Source: Anaeramoeba ignava BMAN
Lineage: Eukaryota; Protista; Anaeramoebae
Assembly: GCA_028826165.1 (NCBI GenBank)
Contig: JAPDFW010000055.1
Span: 186,001 to 250,000 of the forward strand
Length of the DNA: 64,000 nucleotides
Direction of reading: 5' to 3'
In this document: positions 47,501 to 60,065 of the stretch, piece after piece
How positions within the stretch are numbered: the stretch's first letter is position 1
Layout of the letters: each line of letters starts with the position of its first letter
The notes under the pieces: model-generated
The model's input: the letters and a program-made list of their open reading frames with translations, nothing else
What the model was told of the DNA's origin: nothing
Database searches by the model: none
Position numbers and translations under genes: made by a program

Positions 47501-49354
47501 AAATTAAAATTAAAAATTAAAATTAAAATCAAAATTAAAATTGAAATTAAAATTAAAATTAAAATTAAAATTAAAATTAAAATTAAAATTAAAATTAAAA
47601 TAAAAATTAATTTTAAAATTAAAATTAAAATTAAAATTAAAATTAAAATTAAAATAAAAATTCATTTTAATATTAAAATTTAAAATTAAAAAGAAAGCAA
47701 TGATGGAGTAAATAAATTTCTACAACCATTATCAGAGTGTGAATTAACATTATCAACAATCATACAAGAATTACTAGTTGATCCCTGGAAACTAACAAAA
47801 ACAAGAAGACCAATGGTGTCAACAGGATCAGCACTAGCGATAGCAGAATCAATATTAAGCCAATGGAAAGGGGGTGGAAGAATCATGTGTCTTCTTTCAC
47901 ACCCAACAACCAACGGACCAGGAATGGTAGCAAGTCTTGCAAAAAAAGAGCCAATTAGATTTCATCACGATATCCAAAAACAAACCGAAGCTGCCAAATA
48001 TGTTAAAGAATCAACCGAGTATTTTGACTCCTTGATTAAGACAGCCATCGAGAACAATATTTCTGTCGATGTTTTCTCTTGCTCTTTCGACCAAACAGGC
48101 GTCTATGAGATGCGAAATTTGGTCAAAAAAACAGGCGGATTACTTCTTATTGCAGACAAATTCGACTCAGACGTTTTCCGTAATTCGCTTACTAGAATAT
48201 TCCAAAAAGACATAACTTCCGATTCCCAGGATATTGACCAAACAGATTTTCTTTGTTATGATGCAACAATCTCAATAGCAACTTCAAAAGAATTGAGAAT
48301 TGCAGGAACAATTGGAAATTGTGTTTCCGCAAACCAAAAAACCCAGCACGTTGCTGAAGCTGAGATTGGCATCGGTGGTACATCTTCGTGGAAATGCTGC
48401 TCAATTGATTCTATGTCTACTTTTGGATTTTACTTTGAAATTACAAACAGTGAGAAGAATCCTGTCGAAAACAAAAAAATAGGAATGATCCAAATTTCAA
48501 CAAAATATCGCACCCCACAAGGCCAATGGCGACTAAGAGTCACAACATCCCCTCATTACTTCGGTTCTGTTTTAGATCCAAATCAAAAGATGCAGATCAT
48601 TCAGTCGTTTGATCAAGAGGCAGCTGCTGTGCTTATTGCGCGATATGCAGTTTTTAAAACGGAAACCGAACAGTATTTGGCAATTATACGTTGGATTGAC
48701 AAAATTCTCATCAAGTTGATCTCGCAATTTGCAAAATTCCAAAAAGATGATCCAAATTCATTCGATGTTCCAAACAACTTCTCAATTTATCCCCAATTCA
48801 TGTTCCATTTCCGGCGATGCAACTTGATGAAGGTTTTCAACAACTCGCCAGATGAGACTGTGTTTCATCGCCACACTTTCTTAAGAGAAAGCACAATGAA
48901 TTCGATTCTCATGATGCAGCCGATGCTGTACTCATACTATCTTAGCAAGCCGCCGTCGCCAGTGGTTCTTGATGTTTCAAGCATCTCGCCCGAAGCAATT
49001 CTTCTATTTGACACCTACTTTCATGTTCTTGTTCATTTTGGAACTCAATTAGCAATTTGGCGAAATCAAGGTTATCAAAATAATCCCGAATTCTCCAATT
49101 TTAAACAACTTCTTGAACAACCCAAAAAAGATGCTTTAATTCTTTCAAAACCTCGTTTTCCTTTTCCTAGATTCACTGAATGCGATCAAGGTTCAAGTCA
49201 ATCTCGTTTTCTCACTTCGAGATGCAATCCTTCTCGAACTTATAAATCCACTGGTTTTACAAATTTAACTGGTAAATCTCCAGTTATTTTAACTGAAGTT
49301 CCTTCTTTTGAAGTTTTTTTTGATGCTTTAAAACAAGCTATTTTCAAAATTTAA
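44565..49354 (+). CDS. SEC23: COPII coat protein Sec23; 3 exons
   Basis: Exons 44565-44711, 46784-47246, 47694-49354. EDLNGIRFSWNIFP, VIPVGCLYTPLK, CRQCNAILNPY...WACPFCYQRN, FDQEAAAVLIAR, YPQFMFHFRR, VFNNSPDET, CDQGSSQSRFL. Confidence 0.96.
44797..46760. repeat. 33-bp A/T minisatellite (aataaaataaatataaataattaatatttaatt) filling Sec23 intron 1 (44712-46783)
   Basis: Roughly 58 units by length divided by period. Confidence 0.94.
47252..47690 (+). repeat. (AAAATT)n in Sec23 intron 2 (47247-47693)
   Basis: Direct reading. Confidence 0.92.
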
Positions 49355-49548
49355 ATACAATTAATTAAATTAAATAAAATAAATTTAAATTAAATAAATT
49401 TAAATTAAAAATAAATTAAAAATTTTCTTTTTTATTTTTAAAATTTTATTTGATTTAGTTTTCTTCCGTTTTTTCTCCTTAAAACTTAAAAAAAAGTAAA
49501 TTAAATTTGTTTGTTTTTTTTTTTGTAAATTTTGATTGAATTCAAAAA

Positions 49549-52500
49549 TTATTTAAATAGATCATCTTCTTGATCTAAAAATGTATTTGAAGTAATTTGA
49601 GTCAAACTCTCAAAAAGTGTATGGGATTGTTTTTGAGAATTTTGACCATCTTTTAAATCATTTAAATTTTGATTTTGATTTTGATTTTGATTTTGATTTT
49701 GATTTTGATTTTGATTTTGATTTTGATTTTGATTTTGATTTTGATTTTGATTTTGATTTAAATCTTGAAATGGATTTAAATTTTGATTTGGTTTTTGATT
49801 TGATTTTTGATTTGGTTTATCATCAAGAAAATCATCATCATCTTCCTCAAAAATATTAATGTTTGCTTCTTGAGTATCCTTTTCAAAAATATTATGTATT
49901 TCTTTTTTTTTCTTGTGTTTTGATTTTGAATGTGATTTATGTTTTGATTTCCGATGATGTTTTGGTTTTCTTGAATGTTCTTTGTGTTGATTTTTTGTTC
50001 TTTTCGAGTCTAAATTATCATTATTTTTTTGGATAATTTCATTTTGTGGTTTAGTTTCTGTTTGTTTTGAAATATTTTCAGTTTTTGAAGTTGATTCTTT
50101 TGTTGGTAAATTTTGTTCATTTGAGTTTTTTTGTAATGGTTTTGTTTGTTGTTTTTTTAGCTCATTTTCTAATAAAGCCTCATGAAGTGGATCAAGATCC
50201 AAATCCTTTAGTAATTCTTTATTTTGCTGATTGGAGTTGTTTTCTGAGTTATTTTCATTGATTTTTGGATCTGAATTACTTTGAGTAATTTGAGTTGTTT
50301 TTTCGTTATCACTTTCTTTATTTATATTGTTTTTGGTGACATTACCAAAAAAGCTTCTGATATGATTAAATTCTAAATCATGTGATAAAACATCACGAAT
50401 TTGTTTGAGTTCTGCAATATAAAGTCCAAGATTTCCTTGTTCTTCTGTTGCTTCTTGGAAATGAGGGCTTAAATTATAAATATTTATTTTAAATTGTAAA
50501 TATTTATTTGAAATTTTGAATATTTTATTTTAAATTGTAAATATTTATTTTAAATATTAAATATTTATTTTGAATTATAAATATTTATTTTAAATTGTAA
50601 ATATTTATTTGAAATATTAAATATTTATTTGAAATATTAAATATTTATTTGAAATATTTATTTTAAATATTAAATATTTATTTTAAATTTTAAATATTTA
50701 TTTTAAATTTTAAATATTTATTTTAAATTTTAAATATTTATTTTAAATTTTAAATATTTATTTTAAATATTAAATATTTATTTTAAATTATAAATATTTA
50801 TTTTAAATTTTAAATATTTATTTTAAATTTTAAATATTTATTTGAAATATTTATTTTAAATATTAAATATTTATTTTGAATAATAAATATTTATTTTAAA
50901 TTGTAAATATTTATTTGAAATATTAAATATTTATTTGAAATTTTGAATATTTTATTTTAAATTTTAAATATTTATTTGAAATATTAAATATTTATTTTAA
51001 ATTGTAAATATTTATTTGAAATTGTAAATATTTATTTTGGATTGTAAATATTTATTTTAAATTGTAAATATTTATTTTAAATTGTAAATATTTATTTTGA
51101 AAAATACCTATGGAGAAGTTGCTCAAGTTGTTTAATTGGTCCTTCAAGCATTTTAGCAAGTTCAATTTCTATTCTTTTTAATTCTCTATTTTCAGCTTCT
51201 AATTGAGAAATTTTATTTTTATATTTCTGATTAAATTGAAATCGAGGTTTCGAAAAAGGATTTTTTTGATCTTCTGGTTTCTTTTGAATTTTTGGTTTCT
51301 TTTGTTCTGGATTGTTTCCAAAATTCATCATTTTGGATAGAATTTTACTGGTTTGAGAAATAATTTGAGTCTGTTTTTCAAATGCTTGTGATTTTGGTTG
51401 TTGTTGTGGTTGTTGTCTTTGCATTTGAAATAAATTTCTTGGCTTTTTGGATGGCATTTGTGGTATATTTGCTTGTGGATACCAATCTGTGTTGAAATTC
51501 GAATTTTTTAATTGTCTTGATCTTTCAACTAAAAGTTCTACATCTTCAATTGGCGGATAATTCATTAATAAAGTTAAAATTGTTGATGAATCTGTCCCGC
51601 AAGCAAATACTATTAAATCAAATTTAAAATTAAAATTAAAATTAAAATTAAAATTAAAATTAAAATTAAAATTAAAATTAAAATTAAAATTAAAATTAAA
51701 ATTAAATAAATTTAATTTAAATCAATTTAATTTAAATCAATTCAATATTCAATTTAATTCAATATTCAATTTAAATCAATTCAATTCAATTTAATATTCA
51801 ATTCAATTTAATTAAAACCAATTCAATTTAATTAAAATTTAAATCAAATCAATTCAATTCAATTTAATATTCAATTCAATTCAATATTCAATTCAATTTA
51901 AATCAATTTAAATCAATTCAATTCAATTTAATTTAATTCAATTCAATTTAATTCAATATTCAATTTAAATCAATTTAAATCAATTCAATTCAATTCAATT
52001 TAATTCAAATTAATTCAATATTCAATTCAATTCAATATTTAATTCAATTCAATATTTAATTCAATTTAAATATTGTTAGGTTGGTTGGTTGGTTGTTTGT
52101 TTGTTTGTGAATCTAACATTGATCTCGTATAGAAATTATCATTGAAGTACAAATATATTCAAGAAACTCAAGAGGTGAAAAATCTGCAAGTATTGCATCC
52201 CAAACTTTAAGAACATTATCAATATCAAATTCTCTAAATAACAAAAGGCGAACCCATTTTCTAAAATAATTTCAAATTAATTTTGAATATATTTTGAATA
52301 TATTTTATAATTAAATATACAAAGCATAAAGTTGAGGTTCAATTTCATGCCATTTAATAAATTCATAAAGTTTTGGATCACGAGAACGAAGAACAACATT
52401 TTGTATCTTTTTGCATTTTCTTAAGCATTCATTATCTTCTTCAATCTTAAATTCCTCTTCAATTTCATCTGGAATTACTGAATCACCCATCTTTGTATTA

Positions 52501-53729
52501 ATTTGTTCTCGAGGTCGATGTTGTGAACTAAGAAAAAGTTTTGCAGATATTTTCATCAAACTTTCAAAAATCATGAAGCAATTATGCTCAAAATAATTTG
52601 GATCCATAAAATTGAAATATTCTTTATGGTATTGAACGATATCACTAAAAAAAGGTGAAAAAAAATATTTTAAATTATTTTTCATTATTTCATGTTATTT
52701 CAAATTTTTGTAATAAAAATATTTTAAATTGTTTTCATTATTTCATTTTATTTCAAATTTTTGTAATAAAATTATTTTAAATTATTTTCATTATTTCATT
52801 TTATTTCAAATTTTTGTAATAAAATTATTTTAAATTGTTTTCATTATTTCATTTTATTTCAAATTTTTGTAAAAAAAATATTTTAAATTGTTTTCATTAT
52901 TTCATTTTATTTCAAATTTTTGTTGTAAAATTATTTTAAATCATTTTCATTATTTCATGTTATTTCAAATTTTTGTAATAAAAATATTTTAAATTGTTTT
53001 CATTATTTCATTTTATTTCGAATTTTTGTTGTAAAACTATTTTAAATTGTTTTCATTATTTCATGTTATTTCAAATTTTTGTAATAAAATTATTTTTAAA
53101 TCATTTCCAGTTTTTAAAAGTATTATATATTTTTGTTGTAAAATTATTTTATGTTTTTGCTTTAAAGGTATTTTCAAAAAAAAATACGGATTTTGTTCTT
53201 TCATTTCTTCAGCAAAAGAAATCTCTTGGTTAACTAAATAAATAATAGGAGCCAACAACTCATGCATCCCTTGTTTATAACCATGAGTTTTCTGAAACTC
53301 ACGAACATAGACAAGTAAAATTGTAGTCATAATTTCTTGAATTTGTTCGCTTTCAAAAAAATCATCACCAGGTTGAGTTCTTTCAACATCCATCAATATA
53401 ATTCTTTTGACTTTATTGTTTTCAAAATATTGAGTCCATGGATTGTTTTCATCTTGAGTTAATGGATCAACTTCCATTTCTTGATTTTCTTTTTCACCGT
53501 TTTGTTGAGGATCTACTAATATTTTCTCTTTTAATTCTTCATATTCTTTTCGTAATTTTTCAAGTTCTTTTATAAAATTTGTTGGTTTCAATTCATCTCC
53601 AAAAACTCCTAATAACAAACACCATAATAAACTTCTTATTTTTGTTTTGCGGAATTTGTTGTTTTGGACTTCTTCTCTTAAATCAAAAACATCAACCGTT
53701 TTAGAAAATAATTGTTTTAATTCTTCCAT
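49549..53729 (-). CDS. TBC1D5: TBC1D5-like Rab GTPase-activating protein; 5 exons
   Basis: Exons 53729-53188, 52644-52321, 52260-52118, 51609-51108, 50467-49549. DPLTQDENNPWTQYF...DVERTQP...YKQGMHELLAPI, IEPQLYALKWVRLLFREF, LLMNYPP, and C-terminal IAELKQIRDVL as in TBC1D5. Confidence 0.88.
50470..51100. repeat. 20-bp repeat taaatatttatttt/gaaatt(t/g) in TBC intron 4 (50468-51107)
   Basis: Perfect period-20 run at 50691-50760. Confidence 0.9.
51620..52070. repeat. (taaaat)n then (aattc)n-type repeats in TBC intron 3 (51610-52117)
   Basis: Direct reading. Confidence 0.85.
52665..53110. repeat. 53-bp minisatellite, ~8 copies, in TBC intron 1 (52645-53187)
   Basis: ttcattatttca recurs at ~52681, 52734, 52787, 52840, 52893, 52946, 52999, 53052. 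Confidence 0.9.
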
Positions 53730-53756
53730 TTATTGTTTTAATTCAAAAAAAAAAAA

Positions 53757-53790
53757 GAAAAATGAAAAATGAAAAAAAATGAAAAAAAAA
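53757..53790 (-). promoter_or_regulatory. Triple initiator-like TTTTTCATTTTT upstream of TBC1D5
   Basis: Plus strand gaaaaatgaaaaatgaaaaaaaatgaaaaa, 28-60 nt upstream of ATG 53729. Confidence 0.6.
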
Positions 53791-53924
53791 ATTTATTAAT
53801 AAAAATATCTAATAATTAGTCATATTTACACTTTTTTTTCCTTTATTTTCTTTTTCAAGAATTTTAAATTAAAATTTGTTTTTTTCTTATTATTATTCTT
53901 CTTAATGTTGATAAAAATCCCTAG

Positions 53925-56900
53925 AAAATTTATTAAATTTTATTAAAATTAATTTATTAAATTTTATTAAAATTAATTTATTAAATTTTATTAAAATTAA
54001 TTGATTAAATTTTATTAAAATAAATTGATTAAATTTTATTAAAATAAATTGATTAAATTTTATTAAAATAAATTGATTAAATTTTATTAAAATAAATTGA
54101 TTAAATTTTATTAAAATAAATTTATTAAATTTTATTAAAATAAATTGATTAAATTTTATTAAAATTAATTTATTAAATTTTATTAAAATTAATTTATTAA
54201 ATTTTATTAAGATTAATTGATTAAATTTTATTAAAATAAATTGATTAAATTTTATTAAAATAAATTGATTAAATTTTATTAAAATTAATTGATTAAATTT
54301 TATTAAAATTAATTTATTAAATTTTATTAAAATAAATTTATTAAATTTTATTAAAATAAATTTATTAAATTTTATTAAAATTAATTGATTAAATTTTATT
54401 AAAATAAATTGATTAAATTTTATTAAAATTAATTGATTAAATTTTATTAAAATAAATTGATTAAATTTTATTAAAAATAAATTTATTAAATTTTATTAAA
54501 ATAAATTGATTAAATTTTATTAAAATTAATTGATTAAATTTTATTAAAATAAATTGATTAAATTTTATTAAAATAAATTTATTAAATTTTATTAAAATAA
54601 ATTGATTAAATTTTATTAAAATTAATTTATTAAATTTTATTAAAATTAATTGATTAAATTTTATTAAAATTAATTGATTAAATTTTATTAAAATTAATTG
54701 ATTAAATTTTATTAAAATTAATTGATTAAATTTTATTAAAATTAATTGATTAAATTTTATTAAAATTAATTTATTAAATTTTATTAAAATTAATTTATTA
54801 AATTTTATTAAGATTAATTGATTAAATTTTATTAAAATAAATTGATTAAATTTTATTAAAATTAATTGATTAAATTTTATTAAAATTAATTTATTAAATT
54901 TTATTAAAATAAATTTATTAAATTTTATTAAAATAAATTTATTAAATTTTATTAAAATAAATTGATTAAATTTTATTAAAATAAATTGATTAAATTTTAT
55001 TAAAATTAATTTATTAAATTTTATTAAAATTAATTTATTAAATTTTATTAAAATTAATTGATTAAATTTTATTAAAATTAATTTATTTAAATTTTATTAA
55101 AATAAATTGATTAAATTTTATTAAAATTAATTTATTAAATTTTATTAAAATTAATTTATTAAATTTTATTAAAATAAATTGATTAAATTTTATTAAAATA
55201 AATTGATTAAATTTTATTAAAATAAATTGATTAAATTTTATTAAAATTAATTGATTAAATTTTATTAAAATAAATTTATTAAATTTTATTAAAATAAATT
55301 GATTAAATTTTATTAAAATTAATTGATTAAATTTTATTAAAATAAATTGATTAAATTTTATTAAAATAAATTGATTAAATTTTATTAAAATAAATTGATT
55401 AAATTTTATTAAAATTAATTGATTAAATTTTATTAAAATAAATTTATTAAATTTTATTAAGATAAATTTATTAAATTTTATTAAAATTAATTTATTAAAT
55501 TTTATTAAAATTAATTTATTAAATTTTATTAAAATTAATTTATTAAATTTTATTAAAATAAATTGATTAAATTTTATTAAAATAAATTGATTAAATTTTA
55601 TTAAAATAAATTGATTAAATTTTATTAAAATTAATTTATTAAATTTTATTAAAATAAATTTATTAAATTTTATTAAAATTAATTTATTAAATTTTATTAA
55701 AAATAAATTGATTAAATTTTATTAAAATTAATTTATTAAATTTTATTAAAAATTAATTTATTAAATTTTATTAAGATTAATTGATTAAATTTTATTAAAA
55801 TAAATTGATTAAATTTTATTAAAATTAATTGATTAAATTTTATTAAAATTAATTTATTAAATTTTATTAAAATAAATTTATTAAATTTTATTAAAATAAA
55901 TTTATTAAATTTTATTAAAATAAATTGATTAAATTTTATTAAAATAAATTGATTAAATTTTATTAAAATTAATTTATTAAATTTTATTAAAATTAATTTA
56001 TTAAATTTTATTAAAATTAATTGATTAAATTTTATTAAAATTAATTTATTAAATTTTATTAAAATAAATTGATTAAATTTTATTAAAATTAATTTATTAA
56101 ATTTTATTAAAATTAATTTATTAAATTTTATTAAAATAAATTGATTAAATTTTATTAAAATAAATTGATTAAATTTTATTAAAATAAATTGATTAAATTT
56201 TATTAAAATTAATTGATTAAATTTTATTAAAATAAATTTATTAAATTTTATTAAAATAAATTGATTAAATTTTATTAAAATTAATTGATTAAATTTTATT
56301 AAAATAAATTGATTAAATTTTATTAAAATAAATTGATTAAATTTTATTAAAATAAATTGATTAAATTTTATTAAAATTAATTGATTAAATTTTATTAAAA
56401 TAAATTTATTAAATTTTATTAAGATAAATTTATTAAATTTTATTAAAATTAATTTATTAAATTTTATTAAAATTAATTTATTAAATTTTATTAAAATTAA
56501 TTTATTAAATTTTATTAAAATAAATTGATTAAATTTTATTAAAATAAATTGATTAAATTTTATTAAAATAAATTGATTAAATTTTATTAAAATTAATTTA
56601 TTAAATTTTATTAAAATAAATTTATTAAATTTTATTAAAAATTAATTGATTAAATTTTATTAAAATAAATTTATTAAATTTTATTAAGATAAATTTATTA
56701 AATTTTATTAAAATTAATTTATTAAATTTTATTAAAATTAATTTATTAAATTTTATTAAAAATTAATTTATTAAATTTTATTAAAATTAATTGATTAAAT
56801 TTTATTAAAATAAATTTATTAAATTTTATTAAAATAAATTTATTAAATTTTATTAAAATAAATTGATTAAATTTTATTAAAATTAATTGATTAAATTTTA

Positions 56901-58645
56901 TTAAAATAAATTGATTAAATTTTATTAAAATAAATTGATTAAATTTTATTAAAATTAATTTATTAAATTTTATTAAAATTAATTGATTAAATTTTATTAA
57001 AATTAATTGATTAAATTTTATTAAAATAAATTGATTAAATTTTATTAAAATAAATTTATTAAATTTTATTAAAATAAATTGATTAAATTTTATTAAAATT
57101 AATTGATTAAATTTTATTAAAATAAATTGATTAAATTTTATTAAAATTAATTGATTAAATTTTATTAAAATTAATTGATTAAATTTTATTAAAATTAATT
57201 TATTAAATTTTATTAAAATTAATTGATTAAATTTTATTAAAATAAATTGATTAAATTTTATTAAAATTAATTGATTAAATTTTATTAAAATAAATTGATT
57301 AAATTTTATTAAAATAAATTGATTAAATTTTATTAAAATAAATTGATTAAATTTTATTAAAATAAATTGATTAAATTTTATTAAAATAAATTGATTAAAT
57401 TTTATTAAAATAAATTGATTAAATTTTATTAAAATAAATTGATTAAATTTTATTAAAATAAATTTATTAAATTTTATTAAAATAAATTGATTAAATTTTA
57501 TTAAAATTAATTTATTAAATTTTATTAAAATTAATTGATTAAATTTTATTAAAATTAATTGATTAAATTTTATTAAAATTAATTGATTAAATTTTATTAA
57601 AATTAATTGATTAAATTTTATTTAAAATTAATTTATTAAATTTTATTAAAATAAATTTATTAAATTTTATTAAGATTAATTGATTAAATTTTATTAAAAT
57701 AAATTGATTAAATTTTATTAAAATTAATTGATTAAAATTTTATTAAAATTAATTTATTAAATTTTATTAAAATAAATTTATTAAATTTTATTAAAATAAA
57801 TTTATTAAATTTTATTAAAATAAATTGATTAAATTTTATTAAAATAAATTGATTAAATTTTATTAAAATTAATTTATTAAATTTTATTAAAATTAATTTA
57901 TTAAATTTTATTAAAATTAATTGATTAAATTTTATTAAAATTAATTTATTAAATTTTATTAAAATAAATTGATTAAATTTTATTAAAATTAATTTATTAA
58001 ATTTTATTAAAATAAATTGATTAAATTTTATTAAAATAAATTGATTAAATTTTATTAAAATAAATTGATTAAATTTTATTAAAATTAATTGATTAAATTT
58101 TATTAAAATAAATTTATTAAATTTTATTAAAATAAATTGATTAAATTTTATTAAAATTAATTGATTAAATTTTATTAAAATAAATTGATTAAATTTTATT
58201 AAAATAAATTGATTAAATTTTATTAAAATAAATTTATTAAATTTTATTAAAATTAATTGATTAAATTTTATTAAAATAAATTTATTAAATTTTATTAAAA
58301 TTAATTGATTAAATTTTATTAAAATAAATTTATTAAATTTTATTAAAATTAATTGATTAAATTTTATTAAAATAAATTGATTAAATTTTATTAAAATTAA
58401 TTTATTAAATTTTATTAAAATAAATTGATTAAATTTTATTAAAATAAATTGATTAAATTTTATTAAAATTAATTGATTAAATTTTATTAAAATTAATTGA
58501 TTAAATTTTATTAAAATTAATTGATTAAATTTTATTAAAATTAATTGATTAAATTTTATTAAAATTAATTGATTAAATTTTATTAAAATAAATTGATTAA
58601 ATTTTATTAAAATAAATTGATTAAATTTTATTAAAATAAATTAAT
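53925..58645. repeat. 4.7-kb array of a 24-bp unit aaaat(a/t)aatt(g/t)attaaattttatt (~195 copies) with higher-order structure
   Basis: Highly homogeneous with two variable positions; marker variant aagattaattg at ~54209, 54810, 55773, 57672. Confidence 0.96.
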
Positions 58646-58650
58646 TAGAT

Positions 58651-58672
58651 TTTTTTCATTTTTCATTTTTTT
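58651..58672 (+). promoter_or_regulatory. Double initiator-like TTTTTCATTTTT upstream of kaptin
   Basis: ttttttcatttttcattttttt, 20-40 nt upstream of ATG 58692. Confidence 0.6.
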
Positions 58673-58691
58673 ATTTCTTCACAAAACAAAA

Positions 58692-59962
58692 ATGATAGAG
58701 ATTTTTAAAACTCAACACAATGGAACCACAAATATTTATGGACAAACTTTACTTAGAAACGAAAGAAAAATTTACCCATTATTAGCATCAAGAAACAAAA
58801 TATTAATTTTCCAATTCAATGAAATTAAAACAATATGGGAATCATCTATATTTTTTAAATCAAGATATGAAATCATTGCGATATCTTGTTTTAAAAAAAT
58901 TCCATACACAGCATTAATCACATCCAAAATCAAAAAAGGAAAAAAAGAAAAACCAAAATTCTCTTTAATAATTTTGAAGAAAAATTTGAGGAATATGGAA
59001 AAAGAAACGGAACAAGAAATTATTCTTTCATTTACTCCAATATTTTTATCATCTTTTGGTTTTGATTTTGGTTTTGATTGTAAAAGAAAAAACAACAACA
59101 ACAAAAAAAATGGTTCAATTTTTAAATCATTTTCTTTGAAAAATAAAATCAAAAAGGTGAATTTTTTCTTATATCAGATGATAACTCGAAAATTCATATC
59201 TTTGAAATGCAACAAAACATGGAATTTCACGAAAAAGAAATCAAAAAAGGATTTCTTTATGAATTAACACAATTTAAATCGCCAGTTATCAATTTAATAA
59301 TGAGAGAGTTAAAAGATAAAAGAATCACAATTGCAGGTTGTCAAAATGGACTTCTTCATTTATTTATAACACAAATTGACTATGAAAATGAAGCAAAGAA
59401 AGAAACAATCATTCATGAAAGTGAAGGATTTCTAAATGGGCCTGTTAGTTGCTTACAAATGATTATTCCAAAATCCAAAAAAAGCAAAAATATTTCTGAA
59501 TCAACATTGAATCAAATTATTGAAGATAATAAAGAAAAACAAGAAAAAATTACAAAAAGAATTCATTTATTAATTTCTGATACTATTGAAAGTGTGTTGT
59601 TATTGAAAAATATCAATATCAATGGAATTCCAAAATTCCCTTTTGAATCTTCTTCCTTGATTCTCAAATCATCTCTATTTGATAGTGTTACATGCATGCA
59701 TCTTGTGCATAATCCTCAATTTATGAAAAAATCAATTTTATTTGTGGGAACCTTTATTGGCTTATTTCTTGTTTTTCAAGCAAAATTATCTGCAGAAGAA
59801 TGGATAGAAAAGAAGGAATTAAGAACAAATCTTGAGACTCCAATTTTTTCAATTCGAAGCTTTATTTCTAAAATAAAAAATCAACTTATAATTTCAGTAG
59901 CAACAGATTCTCGATTACATTTTTTTCAAATTAATATAATTTCAAAAGAGAATATAAATTAG
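58692..59962 (+). CDS. KPTN: Kaptin-like beta-propeller protein (KICSTOR subunit); frameshift in the A-rich stretch ~59085-59150
   Basis: N-terminal TTNIYG, LSFTPIFL, then (second frame) FFLISDDNSKIHIF, SPVINL...RITIAGCQNG, LNGPVS, SSLFDSVTC, FVGTF, in the order expected for kaptin. Confidence 0.72.
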
Positions 59963-60065
59963 TAAAGAAAATGAAAAAACAAAAGATTTTTTTTTTGAAT
60001 TTTGTTTTCTTTCTTTTGAATTTTGAAATTAAGAAAAAGAAAAGAAAAAGAAAAGAAAAATGAAG

